DNA from: Zygnema circumcarinatum SAG 698-1b
Lineage: Eukaryota; Plantae; Zygnematophyceae
Reading direction: 5' to 3'
Assembly (NCBI GenBank): GCA_037447605.1
Contig: CM074818.1
Coordinates: 2,120,617-2,184,616 of the forward strand
Length of the DNA stretch: 64,000 bases
The position numbers were made by a program, and so were the translations under genes. Shown piece after piece: positions 12,306-24,713 of this stretch. Below the pieces are notes generated by a model, which saw only the letters and a list, made by a program, of their open reading frames with translations, had not been told where the DNA came from and ran no database searches. How positions within the stretch are numbered: position 1 is the first letter of the stretch; each line of letters begins with the position of its first letter.

Positions 12306-15300
12306 TGTGCTGTGTGGGAGGAGCCATTGGCTCAGACTTAGAATTTACGTTTTCCCTTCGAACCTTCGGAGAAAGTTTGTCCGAGTCCAATGCAAATTTT
12401 GCTCCCTCAAGTATCACCCCTCTCACTCGCACAGTTGCCCTTGAAAACAGGTAGATATTTAGATTTTCAAGACTCAGAAATCTGTTGCATACAGCCTGAA
12501 TAATTTTAATCTCCCCCAAAATTTCTATTTTTCTGTTCACTATTCAAAGATTCGGTGATTTTTGAAGAGTGTCGATCCGTAAACTAGGGGAGAAACTCAG
12601 TTTGTTGGAGAAAACTCAGGTTTGAGGTGGATTTTCAGGAGAGCAGAGGGGGGTTGAGAGAAGGAGAGGAGATTTTTTAGGGGAGTGGGAGGGGGAGGGA
12701 GGAAGAGGAACAAAAATATATATATTTTTTTTTTGCGCTGCAGAGTGGTAATTGGGACTACTACTTTCACAGGAGAGGACAAGGGGAGATCTGAAGTGGT
12801 GTGACGAGGGAAAGTAAGCTGCCCCTTCTACTCTATTAGGTTGTCTTTGATTTATATTATAAAAATTAAAGTACGATTATGAAATCATTATTAAGTAATG
12901 ATATTACTCTTTTCTACGTCCTGGAATCGTAGAAGCCTTCAAATTCCTCATAACGTGAGAGCATTCAGGGCCAGCTTGATAACACTAGAAATATGATTCT
13001 CTGAAACCTTAAAGTTAGGGTATGAAACCCTAATATTAGGCCCTGAAACCCTGAAGTTAGAGTTTTGAAAATCTCATTTATTGCTTAGAAACCCTATAGT
13101 TAGGGTATTAATCCCTAATAACATGCACTGAAACCTGTAGTTAGGGTTTGAAACCTTTATCTTATGCTCTACATCCATTCAGTTAGGGTTTGAAACCCTC
13201 ATTCATATCATTCTCTGAAACGCTGAAGTTAGGGTATGAAACCCTAATGTCATGCTCTGATACCTATAGTAATGGTTTGGAAGCCTCATATTATGCTCTG
13301 AAACACTAAGTTTAGGATATGAAATCCTCATACCTTGCCCTGAAACCCTAAAGTCAGGGTAGGAAACCTTCATATTATGCTCTGAAACCCTAATGTTAGG
13401 ATCTGAAACCCTCATATTATGCTCTCAAACCCTGGAGTTAAGGTTTGAAACCTTATATCACGCTCCACATTCATTTTATGTGCCGAACCCCTGAAATTAG
13501 TGTCTGAAACCCTCATATTATTGCTCTGAAACCCTAAAGTTACAGATTGAATCCCTCATACTCTGCTCTGAAAACCTAATTTCTGCTCGTTTTGCTCCTG
13601 CAGATTCAGCCCAATCACTAAGAATATGGCCATTTGTAGCAGAAATCTCAACTTGTCATGGGGAGTAGCATCTCCCTTTTTACCGACTTCCGTTCTTTAC
13701 AACAGCACATATGCAGACGAGCAGACCTCCAGATTTCAGGAATTGATGTGTTGTACGGAGGAACGGGAAACGGAATTTAATCCGAATGGAACTCCGTACG
13801 GATTTCGACCGGCTGCAATTGAGGTAATTTGTGCTTTAGGGTTTTTAGGGAAGCTATATCTTATAAGCAGATTTCCCGTATTTTTCCTCACAGATTCGTG
13901 TCATTTCTAGAAGCAGATATTTTTATCGTGAGCCTTTGAACCTGTTTGTATCTGGAAACATGGTAAGCCAAGTTGAAACTTTCAAGATGCGAAACAAAAT
14001 GTAAGCACGTTAAAGTAATTTTTGAAGGACTGTTTTCAAAACCCTGACTTTCAATGAGTTTGGCGTCTTTGCAGGGAGAATTTGATCTCGGATTTCGTTA
14101 CATTTTCGACGTAAATTTGGGAAATGAAGCTGCAACGGATTTGCTGCAATACTTGACCGACGGATTCTTTTACGACACTTTTACGGAGTCTGGTTCCGTT
14201 CAGCTTCTCACATATAACCGTAAGACTGCTCGTCAAGATTGTCGCGAGCAAAAAATGCTACAGACTCATTTTTTTGGAAATTTTCCGTTGAATATTTGTT
14301 TATAACGTATTTTTTGAAATAAGCTTCTGACATTTCAGCTGCCATTTCTTCTTTTTTATGTGATTCTGATCTTCTCCCTTCCTCTTCCTGAGTGCAGCTA
14401 AGACGAGATTCTTCACGCTTACGCAGGTCAAGTTAGACTTTCAATATGGTGGAAAAATTGTGGCATCATCGAACATAGACTCTGTTAAGCTTGAAGTGTA
14501 TTCTAGTAGGCAAGACTGGGTGAGGTTCGGGCTTGAAATTGTATTTGTTTTGGGATTGATCTATTCGATTTTCGATGAACTGAGGGAACTCATGAAGGCG
14601 CATTTGAAAAGGGGGAATTTTTTGTACCATTTTACGAGCATTTGGAATTATATCGACGCTCTTTCTCTCGGGATTATGACCACCGGAGTCATTCTCTGGT
14701 GAATTTTCTGAGCCCTAATTCTACAGCACATTGGTTCACTGAAAGGGGGGGGGGGGGGGGNNNNNNNNNNGGGGAGAGAGAGTGGAGAGAGAAGTACAGA
14801 GAGGGAGAGAGAGCCCAAGGACATGACAAGAAGTGGAAGAGAGAGATTAGGTGATGGTTTTGAGATAATACGAAGAGCATTAGAGAGTGTGAGGACGAGA
14901 AAGAGGGGTGGTGGAACGATTATGGGAGGGGGGGAGTGGGAGAGAGTGGGAGTGAGTGGGAGAGAGTGGGAGAGAGTGGGAGTGGGCGAAGGGTGATGAG
15001 AAGAAGGAAGTACGAGAAGAGAAAATTTGAAAAGTGGTGAATTATGGGAGAGCGAGAAAGCGGGTCTGCGAGAAGAGAAAAGAGAGTGAAAGAGAACTGG
15101 GAGACGGAAAGAGAGTGAGTGCATGGCATTAAGAGAATTTGGGAACTCAACCTTTTGCATACTACATTCTCTTGCAGTAGAATCTTAATTCTGACTGCCT
15201 CTATAACTCCATCTTGCTTCTTTCCTTTCCCCTCCTTCCACTCCTGCCCCCATCCCTCGCACCCTCTCTGTCTCACTCACTCTCCCTTCCTCTCTCCACC

Positions 15301-18300
15301 TGTCTCTCTTTCCATACCCCGCCCCTCCCTCATTCTCTCCCCCTTGCTCCCTCCATCCCTCTCTCCATCTCTCTCTCTAATCTCACACTCTCTCTCCCTC
15401 TCTTTCTCTCCCATTTCCCACACACTCTCCCTCCCTCCCTCCCTCCCTCCCTCCTTGTACCCATCTCTCTCTCCCACTTCCCACACACTCTCCCTCCCTC
15501 CCTCCCTCCTTGTACCCAGGGTAAAATACGTATTTGGAAACGCCCTGCGCTTCAATACAAACATCAAGTACAGAATTTACGGAACAGAGCCGGGCCAATT
15601 CCTTCAGCTGCTGCCCGACACGCAGCTGCCCGAAGCCCTAAAAGTTTTCACCGACGTCGAAGAAATCATCTACATCCGCACTTACTATGTCGCCCTGCAG
15701 GGCATCAAGTATGAACCCTAAAACTCCGAAACCCTAAAACTAAAACCAAGCTCAAACCCAAACCCCTCAGCTCTAAATTCCCAACCAAACTCAAATCTTC
15801 GAAACTGAAAGACTTGCCCAAATCAAACCCTAAAAACTCGTTTTTTCTTGCTCTTTTTTTGTGTGGGGTAAAATATGAAAATGCAGCGTTTTCTTAATGG
15901 TTCTCCGCATATTAAAGCTGATGGATTTTCAGCCTCGTATGGGCACTATTACTCGCACCATAGCCGTAGCCTCCATCGATCTCATCCACTTCCTCATGAT
16001 ATTTTCGGTGATTTTTCTCGGCTACGCGGTGTACGGTCAGGTGGTTTTTGGGCACAATCTTGAGCAGGTGAGTTTGAAAGGGTTCAGAGTTTAGGTTTTA
16101 AGGGAGTGTTGGGCTTAGAAGGGTTCAAGGGGTTACAAAGTGGCTTTGGGTTTGTATAGACTCGAAGTATTCAAAGAACCCAATAGCCCCACAAATCCTA
16201 ACTTTTCAGTTATAGTCGCCCTTTGAAGCAAAGACCTCTGACAGGGTGAAGAGAGGGCGAAAGCGAGGGAGAGAGTGGAGAGAGAGAGGGGGAGAGAGGG
16301 GGTTTGGAGGGGCGGGGGAAGGGGAGGGCGAAGCGGTGGGGAGTAGGAAAGTAAGATACGAGAGAGAGAGAGGGGAAGAGAGTGGGGGAAGTGCTGAAGT
16401 GGGAAGAGTGAGAGAGGGGGGGTGAAGCAGGGAGTGTAGGAGTGAAGGGTTCAAAAGAGGGAGAGAAAAAGAGAGACATTGTCACTCCGGAAGTAGCTCT
16501 GGTAAGTTTTCTTCACATAGAGTGAACAGAGGAAAGCATGCTACCACGACCTCTCCTCCTCCCACTTCCACTCCCCCTCTCTCACACCCCACCTCCTCCC
16601 CCTGTCCTCCCTCCTATTGCAGTTCAGCACTATGGGTCGGTCTCTCATCACCGTGTTCAACGTCCTCGTGGGGGATACCTCCGTGTCCGACTACTTTATA
16701 GAGCTCAAAGGGTGGGAGTTGGCAGCGGCCATACTGTATTGGTGGTCGTTTGTGCTCGTAGTGAACTTCATCACTTTCAACCTCCTTATTGCCATCATTA
16801 TCGAAGCATATATGGAAGTCAGGGTAAGAAACATCTCGCAGTCTTTCTATCAATATAGTATCGGATACAATATCAGGTTATACGGTATGGTGATAGTTTG
16901 TTTCATTAAGAAATAGGCGATATTCTTTGTGCTTTGTCTGAACGAGATTTTAGGGTTTTCCCATCATTGCGAGTTTCGAGGCTTTTGGGGAGTCAAGTTG
17001 GAGGCTCGTTTGTATTTTTTCTCACATTTCTGAAGTTTTTAGGGTTGCTGAATCACACAATGTATATTTTGAAGGGCTACTCTTGACCAGGACCTACTGT
17101 TCCATGCAAACGGATGTTTTCTCAAATTTTTTTTTTCGTCGGTCATATACACGTCCTAACCTATTCTCCTCCCCCCTTCCCTCCCTTTTTATCTTTCTAC
17201 GCTCTATTTTTTGATTCTCTCACGCTCTTTCACTCTCTCTCACGCTCCCTCTCACTCTCTTCCTCGCTCTCTCCCTCTCTCGCCCCTCCATCTCCCTCTC
17301 TCTCCCTCTCTCTCACTCTCTCGCCCCTCCATCTCTCTCTCTCTCCCTCTCTCGGCCCTCCATCCCTCTCTCTCTCTCCCTCTCTCTCCCTCTCTCTCCC
17401 TCTCTCGCCCCTCCATCTCTCTCTCTCTCTCTCTCCCTCTCTCTCTCCCTCTCCCTCCCCCAGAAATACGCGGAGGAGGCCCCCTCCATGCCGGGGGAGG
17501 TTTGGTGGATTCTGCGTGCCACGCTGCGCCGCTTTCTCTTCAGTCCGTACCGTACGGACGCCAAACTCCTCCGCGACCTCCGCCGGCTCGGAGCCAACGA
17601 CCACCGCAATGTCTTGCAAAAGAGTGTGCGTTTTTGCGATTTTTCACGTAGTTTCAAGTTCTAAGCTTTCGACNNNNNNNNNNCCTAAAACTAAAACCAA
17701 GCTCAAACCCAAACCCCTCAGCTCTAAATTCCCAACCAAACTCAAATCTTCGAAACTGAAAGACTTGCCCAAATCAAACCCTAAAAACTCGTTTTTTCTT
17801 GCTCTTTTTTTGTGTGGGGTAAAATATGAAAATGCAGCGTTTTCTTAATGGTTCTCCGCATATTAAAGCTGATGGATTTTCAGCCTCGTATGGGCACTAT
17901 TACTCGCACCATAGCCGTAGCCTCCATCGATCTCATCCACTTCCTCATGATATTTTCGGTGATTTTTCTCGGCTACGCGGTGTACGGTCAGGTGGTTTTT
18001 GGGCACAATCTTGAGCAGGTGAGTTTGAAAGGGTTCAGAGTTTAGGTTTTAAGGGAGTGTTGGGCTTAGAAGGGTTCAAGGGGTTACAAAGTGGCTTTGG
18101 GTTTGTATAGACTCGAAGTATTCAAAGAACCCAATAGCCCCACAAATCCTAACTTTTCAGTTATAGTCGCCCTTTGAAGCAAAGACCTCTGACAGGGTGA
18201 AGAGAGGGCGAAAGCGAGGGAGAGAGTGGAGAGAGAGAGGGGGAGAGAGGGGGTTTGGAGGGGCGGGGGAAGGGGAGGGCGAAGCGGTGGGGAGTAGGAA

Positions 18301-21300
18301 AGTAAGATACGAGAGAGAGAGAGGGGAAGAGAGTGGGGGAAGTGCTGAAGTGGGAAGAGTGAGAGAGGGGGGGTGAAGCAGGGAGTGTAGGAGTGAAGGG
18401 TTCAAAAGAGGGAGAGAAAAAGAGAGACATTGTCACTCCGGAAGTAGCTCTGGTAAGTTTTCTTCACATAGAGTGAACAGAGGAAAGCATGCTACCACGA
18501 CCTCTCCTCCTCCCACTTCCACTCCCCCTCTCTCACACCCCACCTCCTCCCCCTGTCCTCCCTCCTATTGCAGTTCAGCACTATGGGTCGGTCTCTCATC
18601 ACCGTGTTCAACGTCCTCGTGGGGGATACCTCCGTGTCCGACTACTTTATAGAGCTCAAAGGGTGGGAGTTGGCAGCGGCCATACTGTATTGGTGGTCGT
18701 TTGTGCTCGTAGTGAACTTCATCACTTTCAACCTCCTTATTGCCATCATTATCGAAGCATATATGGAAGTCAGGGTAAGAAACATCTCGCAGTCTTTCTA
18801 TCAATATAGTATCGGATACAATATCAGGTTATACGGTATGGTGATAGTTTGTTTCATTAAGAAATAGGCGATATTCTTTGTGCTTTGTCTGAACGAGATT
18901 TTAGGGTTTTCCCATCATTGCGAGTTTCGAGGCTTTTGGGGAGTCAAGTTGGAGGCTCGTTTGTATTTTTTCTCACATTTCTGAAGTTTTTAGGGTTGCT
19001 GAATCACACAATGTATATTTTGAAGGGCTACTCTTGACCAGGACCTACTGTTCCATGCAAACGGATGTTTTCTCAAATTTTTTTTTTCGTCGGTCATATA
19101 CACGTCCTAACCTATTCTCCTCCCCCCTTCCCTCCCTTTTTATCTTTCTACGCTCTATTTTTTGATTCTCTCACGCTCTTTCACTCTCTCTCACGCTCCC
19201 TCTCACTCTCTTCCTCGCTCTCTCCCTCTCTCGCCCCTCCATCTCCCTCTCTCTCCCTCTCTCTCACTCTCTCGCCCCTCCATCTCTCTCTCTCTCCCTC
19301 TCTCGGCCCTCCATCCCTCTCTCTCTCTCCCTCTCTCTCCCTCTCTCTCCCTCTCTCGCCCCTCCATCTCTCTCTCTCTCTCTCTCCCTCTCTCTCTCCC
19401 TCTCCCTCCCCCAGAAATACGCGGAGGAGGCCCCCTCCATGCCGGGGGAGGTTTGGTGGATTCTGCGTGCCACGCTGCGCCGCTTTCTCTTCAGTCCGTA
19501 CCGTACGGACGCCAAACTCCTCCGCGACCTCCGCCGGCTCGGAGCCAACGACCACCGCAATGTCTTGCAAAAGAGTGTGCGTTTTTGCGATTTTTCACGT
19601 AGTTTCAAGTTCTAAGCTTTCGACTTTTCTTTCATGCTCGTAATTGGGCTCAAATTGGGCTCAAATTCTTTAATTTCGGCTTTCGTTTTGCTTTTTCCAG
19701 AATTTAGGACTTGCTGTTGAGGTCGTTAGCGGTGTTGGTGGTTTTATTTATGACACCTAAAGAGTTGTGTTCTCTTCATGTTTGTATGTTGCTTTGTCTG
19801 GTAAGTCATTGGTCAAGCTTGAGATTTTGATTATGGTTTTGCCTTTGCAGGCCGTAGGAGGAAGCTTTGGTTTTGCGGGTCCGAAGATTGAGGCGAAGGA
19901 AAGCTTGAAGGAGAGGGAGCGAGTTGTGAAGCTCGGAGAGAGGGAATACTCTCAGAACGAGCTTTCAAGTCTCTTCATGCGAGCGCAAATAAAAGCGGTA
20001 ATTTTTTTTGTTTCAAAGAATTATTGAAGAAGAAGTAAAGAAGTAAAGAAGAGTATTGTGACCTTTCTTATGCATTGCACGCTTTTGTGCTCCTTAAGTC
20101 GAGTTGTTGTGCTTTGGGTACACTGTGATTTTGAAAATGTATCGAATTTGTATACAAAAGAACAACTACNNNNNNNNNNTGAGCAGGTGAGTTTGAAAGG
20201 GTTCAGAGTTTAGGTTTTAAGGGAGTGTTGGGCTTAGAAGGGTTCAAGGGGTTACAAAGTGGCTTTGGGTTTGTATAGACTCGAAGTATTCAAAGAACCC
20301 AATAGCCCCACAAATCCTAACTTTTCAGTTATAGTCGCCCTTTGAAGCAAAGACCTCTGACAGGGTGAAGAGAGGGCGAAAGCGAGGGAGAGAGTGGAGA
20401 GAGAGAGGGGGAGAGAGGGGGTTTGGAGGGGCGGGGGAAGGGGAGGGCGAAGCGGTGGGGAGTAGGAAAGTAAGATACGAGAGAGAGAGAGGGGAAGAGA
20501 GTGGGGGAAGTGCTGAAGTGGGAAGAGTGAGAGAGGGGGGGTGAAGCAGGGAGTGTAGGAGTGAAGGGTTCAAAAGAGGGAGAGAAAAAGAGAGACATTG
20601 TCACTCCGGAAGTAGCTCTGGTAAGTTTTCTTCACATAGAGTGAACAGAGGAAAGCATGCTACCACGACCTCTCCTCCTCCCACTTCCACTCCCCCTCTC
20701 TCACACCCCACCTCCTCCCCCTGTCCTCCCTCCTATTGCAGTTCAGCACTATGGGTCGGTCTCTCATCACCGTGTTCAACGTCCTCGTGGGGGATACCTC
20801 CGTGTCCGACTACTTTATAGAGCTCAAAGGGTGGGAGTTGGCAGCGGCCATACTGTATTGGTGGTCGTTTGTGCTCGTAGTGAACTTCATCACTTTCAAC
20901 CTCCTTATTGCCATCATTATCGAAGCATATATGGAAGTCAGGGTAAGAAACATCTCGCAGTCTTTCTATCAATATAGTATCGGATACAATATCAGGTTAT
21001 ACGGTATGGTGATAGTTTGTTTCATTAAGAAATAGGCGATATTCTTTGTGCTTTGTCTGAACGAGATTTTAGGGTTTTCCCATCATTGCGAGTTTCGAGG
21101 CTTTTGGGGAGTCAAGTTGGAGGCTCGTTTGTATTTTTTCTCACATTTCTGAAGTTTTTAGGGTTGCTGAATCACACAATGTATATTTTGAAGGGCTACT
21201 CTTGACCAGGACCTACTGTTCCATGCAAACGGATGTTTTCTCAAATTTTTTTTTTCGTCGGTCATATACACGTCCTAACCTATTCTCCTCCCCCCTTCCC

Positions 21301-23054
21301 TCCCTTTTTATCTTTCTACGCTCTATTTTTTGATTCTCTCACGCTCTTTCACTCTCTCTCACGCTCCCTCTCACTCTCTTCCTCGCTCTCTCCCTCTCTC
21401 GCCCCTCCATCTCCCTCTCTCTCCCTCTCTCTCACTCTCTCGCCCCTCCATCTCTCTCTCTCTCCCTCTCTCGGCCCTCCATCCCTCTCTCTCTCTCCCT
21501 CTCTCTCCCTCTCTCTCCCTCTCTCGCCCCTCCATCTCTCTCTCTCTCTCTCTCCCTCTCTCTCTCCCTCTCCCTCCCCCAGAAATACGCGGAGGAGGCC
21601 CCCTCCATGCCGGGGGAGGTTTGTGGATTCTGCGTGCCACGCTGCGCCGCTTTCTCTTCAGTCCGTACCGTACGGACGCCAAACTCCTCCGCGACCTCCG
21701 CCGGCTCGGAGCCAACGACCACCGCAATGTCTTGCAAAAGAGTGTGCGTTTTTGCGATTTTTCACGTAGTTTCAAGTTCTAAGCTTTCGACTTTTCTTTC
21801 ATGCTCGTAATTGGGCTCAAATTGGGCTCAAATTCTTTAATTTCGGCTTTCGTTTTGCTTTTTCCAGAATTTAGGACTTGCTGTTGAGGTCGTTAGCGGT
21901 GTTGGTGGTTTTATTTATGACACCTAAAGAGTTGTGTTCTCTTCATGTTTGTATGTTGCTTTGTCTGGTAAGTCATTGGTCAAGCTTGAGATTTTGATTA
22001 TGGTTTTGCCTTTGCAGGCCGTAGGAGGAAGCTTTGGTTTTGCGGGTCCGAAGATTGAGGCGAAGGAAAGCTTGAAGGAGAGGGAGCGAGTTGTGAAGCT
22101 CGGAGAGAGGGAATACTCTCAGAACGAGCTTTCAAGTCTCTTCATGCGAGCGCAAATAAAAGCGGTAATTTTTTTTGTTTCAAAGAATTATTGAAGAAGA
22201 AGTAAAGAAGTAAAGAAGAGTATTGTGACCTTTCTTATGCATTGCACGCTTTTGTGCTCCTTAAGTCGAGTTGTTGTGCTTTGGGTACACTGTGATTTTG
22301 AAAATGTATCGAATTTGTATACAAAAGAACAACTACAACGAGTCTAAGGAATCCCTATATCTTATAGCACCTCATTTTACAGTTTTCGCTTTTGAAGTAT
22401 CGTCCGCTTTTCCTCTCCCCTTCAAACTCTCGGACCGTTTCTTGTTGTCCCTCCATTCGTGTCCCTGCAAAAGTAGGGCTCGTTTTCAAACTATATTTTG
22501 ACCCTCCATCGTTCTCACTTTCTCTATCTCTCTCTCGCCCTCTCTCTCGCTCTCCCTCTCCGACCTTTTTTTTCGGTATCTTAAAGCAGGGCATTGCAAG
22601 CTCCTCCAAGCCGGACCGTTTGGCGGATGTAATTTTGGAGCAATTCGGAGAACAAATAGCGCTTTCGACGGAGACGCAAGGCGATGATATGCAAGAGCTT
22701 AAAGTATGAAAAATCATAAACCAAACAATTCCAAAGTGCCAGAAATTAGAAAGGCAGAAATGGCAGAAACCATGAACTTCAATGCAGAAATGTTCTTTAG
22801 AAAAAACTCAAAACCCAAAACCCTAAATTTTTAAAATACTTACCACGCTTGAAAGCGTCTTTTTGGGTTTTTTCCAGGCAACCTTGAAAACAGTTATGGA
22901 AAGCTTGATGATCCAATCAGAGCGACTTGAACGAAGCCTTCAAATCCAATCAGAGCGACTCGAACGCATTGAGCTCAAGCTTGAATCTGCGATCGTCCAA
23001 ACGGTGAAAGGAACTGCAGAAGATGGAACGGCGGAGGAGATCGCCAAAGATTAG
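12306..23054 (+). CDS. PKD2: Polycystin-2 / TRPP-like cation channel (5' end lost in gap). Exons 12306-12450, 12744-12813 (apparent frameshift), 13604-13823, 14075-14219, 14398-14698, 15520-15708, 15887-16067, 16623-16823, 17464-17625, 19851-19997 (or 22018-22164), 22590-22703, 22878-23054
   Basis: Phases join into ENRVVIG(G)LLLSQERTR..CDEGKF, SPFLPTSVLYN, FDVNL..DLLQYLTDGFFYD..VQLLTYN, IWNYIDALS, LMVLRILKLMDFQPRMG, VFGHNLEQFSTMGRSLITVFNVLVGD (pore) and FNLLIAIIIEAYMEVR (S6), followed by a coiled-coil tail. This is the polycystin cation channel pattern. Confidence 0.9.
12998..13580. repeat. Degenerate ~42-bp tandem satellite (about 14 units) in a PKD2 intron
   Basis: Consensus CTCTGAAACCCTAAAGTTAGGGTTTGAAACCCTCATATTATG. 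A further fragment lies between gaps at 12231-12255. Confidence 0.85.
15733..22336. repeat. Gap-flanked triplication within PKD2 (15733-17673 ~ 17684-19623; 18012-20169 ~ 20180-22336)
   Basis: The same exons recur at offsets 1951 and about 2168. Junctions are 10-N gaps at 17674-17683 and 20170-20179. Confidence 0.9.
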
Positions 23055-24337
23055 AAAACACGGTCGTGATAAACACTGCCACGTAATTAAAAACGCAGGA
23101 GAAAATATTTTTAGTATATTGCAGAACGATGGCGCGACGTAGAACGTGCCTGAAAAAATGTTGTATCTAATGGAGGGCGAATTTCAGTATATTTAAGTTG
23201 AAACATGTTTATTTGGATGGGTTTTGGAACAAAGAGTCGCTCAATTACTTCTGATGATGGGAGAGCAGGACTGTGATGGGCAGTTGATATGGATGGATAG
23301 TGGAGCTTGAGGAATGGGTTGTAAAGAATGGTGGATCTGCTGCTTGCATAGAGCCAATCAGAGACGGTGAGATGAAGAGGGGGAGTGCAACAGGGGGGGA
23401 TTGACAGTGGGGGAGTGGGGGAGAGGGAGAGAGGGAGAGAGGGAGAGGGGGGGTGCGAGAGGGGAGGAGAGAGAGGGGGAGAGGGGGAGGGAGAGATGGA
23501 GAGGGGGGGTGCGAGAGGGGAGGAGAGACAGAGGGGGAGAGGGAGAGGGGAGGTTCGAGAGTGGGGGAGAGACAGAGCTGGAGAGGGGAGAGTGTTGATG
23601 TGTCTCCTCCTGCTCCAAGGCCGAAGCCTACAGCTCCCGGGTCTGAGGAAGTGGAGCCACTTGCCCCTTCCATGGCAGTCTGAACTTCTGAAGTGACTTA
23701 GACAGAATTCAGAGGAATCCAAAGCAAAGGGAAATACACAAGAAAATGTGGAGAAAGCACACAGCCTAAAACTCCATTGATTTTCGAAAGTTACAAGCCT
23801 GAGAAAGCGGTGCAACCCCAAAAGCCCCAACTCCTAACTCTGCATTTTAACACCAAAGCCTAACCCAGATTTCAAGCCTGAACCTGCCACTGCGACTGCA
23901 AGGTTAAGCTACTCTATTCTAAGGCTAGCTATATAAGCCTGACTTCCCGTGACCGCTGTCACTTTTGCCGGCTTGCAAGGGCCTTGCATACGGCAGAAGG
24001 TGACCTCGTGTCCCTTACACCGTCCTCGGTCCCCTTTCACGGCCCTTGGCCGTTGTCCGGCTGCCGTTTTACTCCTCGGGCTTCCGCCGTCCGTACAGCC
24101 TCCGCACATCGTTTCGTCACGTCACGGTCCCAAACTTAGTGTGTCGCGTCACATGCTATCGCGACCAACCATGTCGCTCCACGTGTCGCGTTTGTCGTCC
24201 CGCACGCTCCGTACATCTATAGCTTTACGAGCCCTACGTAGATACTAGACTGCAACATGAAAACCAAGGACCACAACAAAACATTGTACAACTGTCCTTC
24301 TATTTGCATTTGATGGTTTGATTTCGTTTTGTTTGGT

Positions 24338-24415
24338 TCAAGCATTGGACCAATGGTTGTTTGGATCAAGCATTGGACCAATGGTTTTTTAGATCAAGCA
24401 TTAGACCAATGGTTA
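24338..24415. repeat. 28-bp tandem repeat x3 with internal palindrome CATTGG-A-CCAATG
   Basis: Units start at 24338, 24366 and 24394: TCAAGCATT(G/A)GACCAATGGTT. Confidence 0.85.
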
Positions 24416-24713
24416 TGTGCGATCAGTTTTTTCAAATAACAACAATTTTTAGGGTAATACCTAAAAACCCTAAAAGCCCATCATCTATGGTCCATGCCAA
24501 TGTTAGATGTCATGTATGTATCTATGCATGTGTGCGATACATATGCATACATGCCATGCCATCCCATGCCATGCCAGGCCATACACATGCCATACATGCT
24601 CGTAAGCTTTTCTGAAGCGGCCCCAATAAGCAGACTAGGAAACGCGTGAGCTTCGCATATTTTGTACAGCTCTCTCTCTCTCTCTCTCTCGCTCACTCTC
24701 GCTCTCTTCCGCC

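Noticed and set aside
23111-23830. 239-aa minus-strand ORF or a plus-strand Pro-rich terminal exon
   Set aside because: About half is GA/CT repeat. I could not build a consistent exon chain or recognise a domain.
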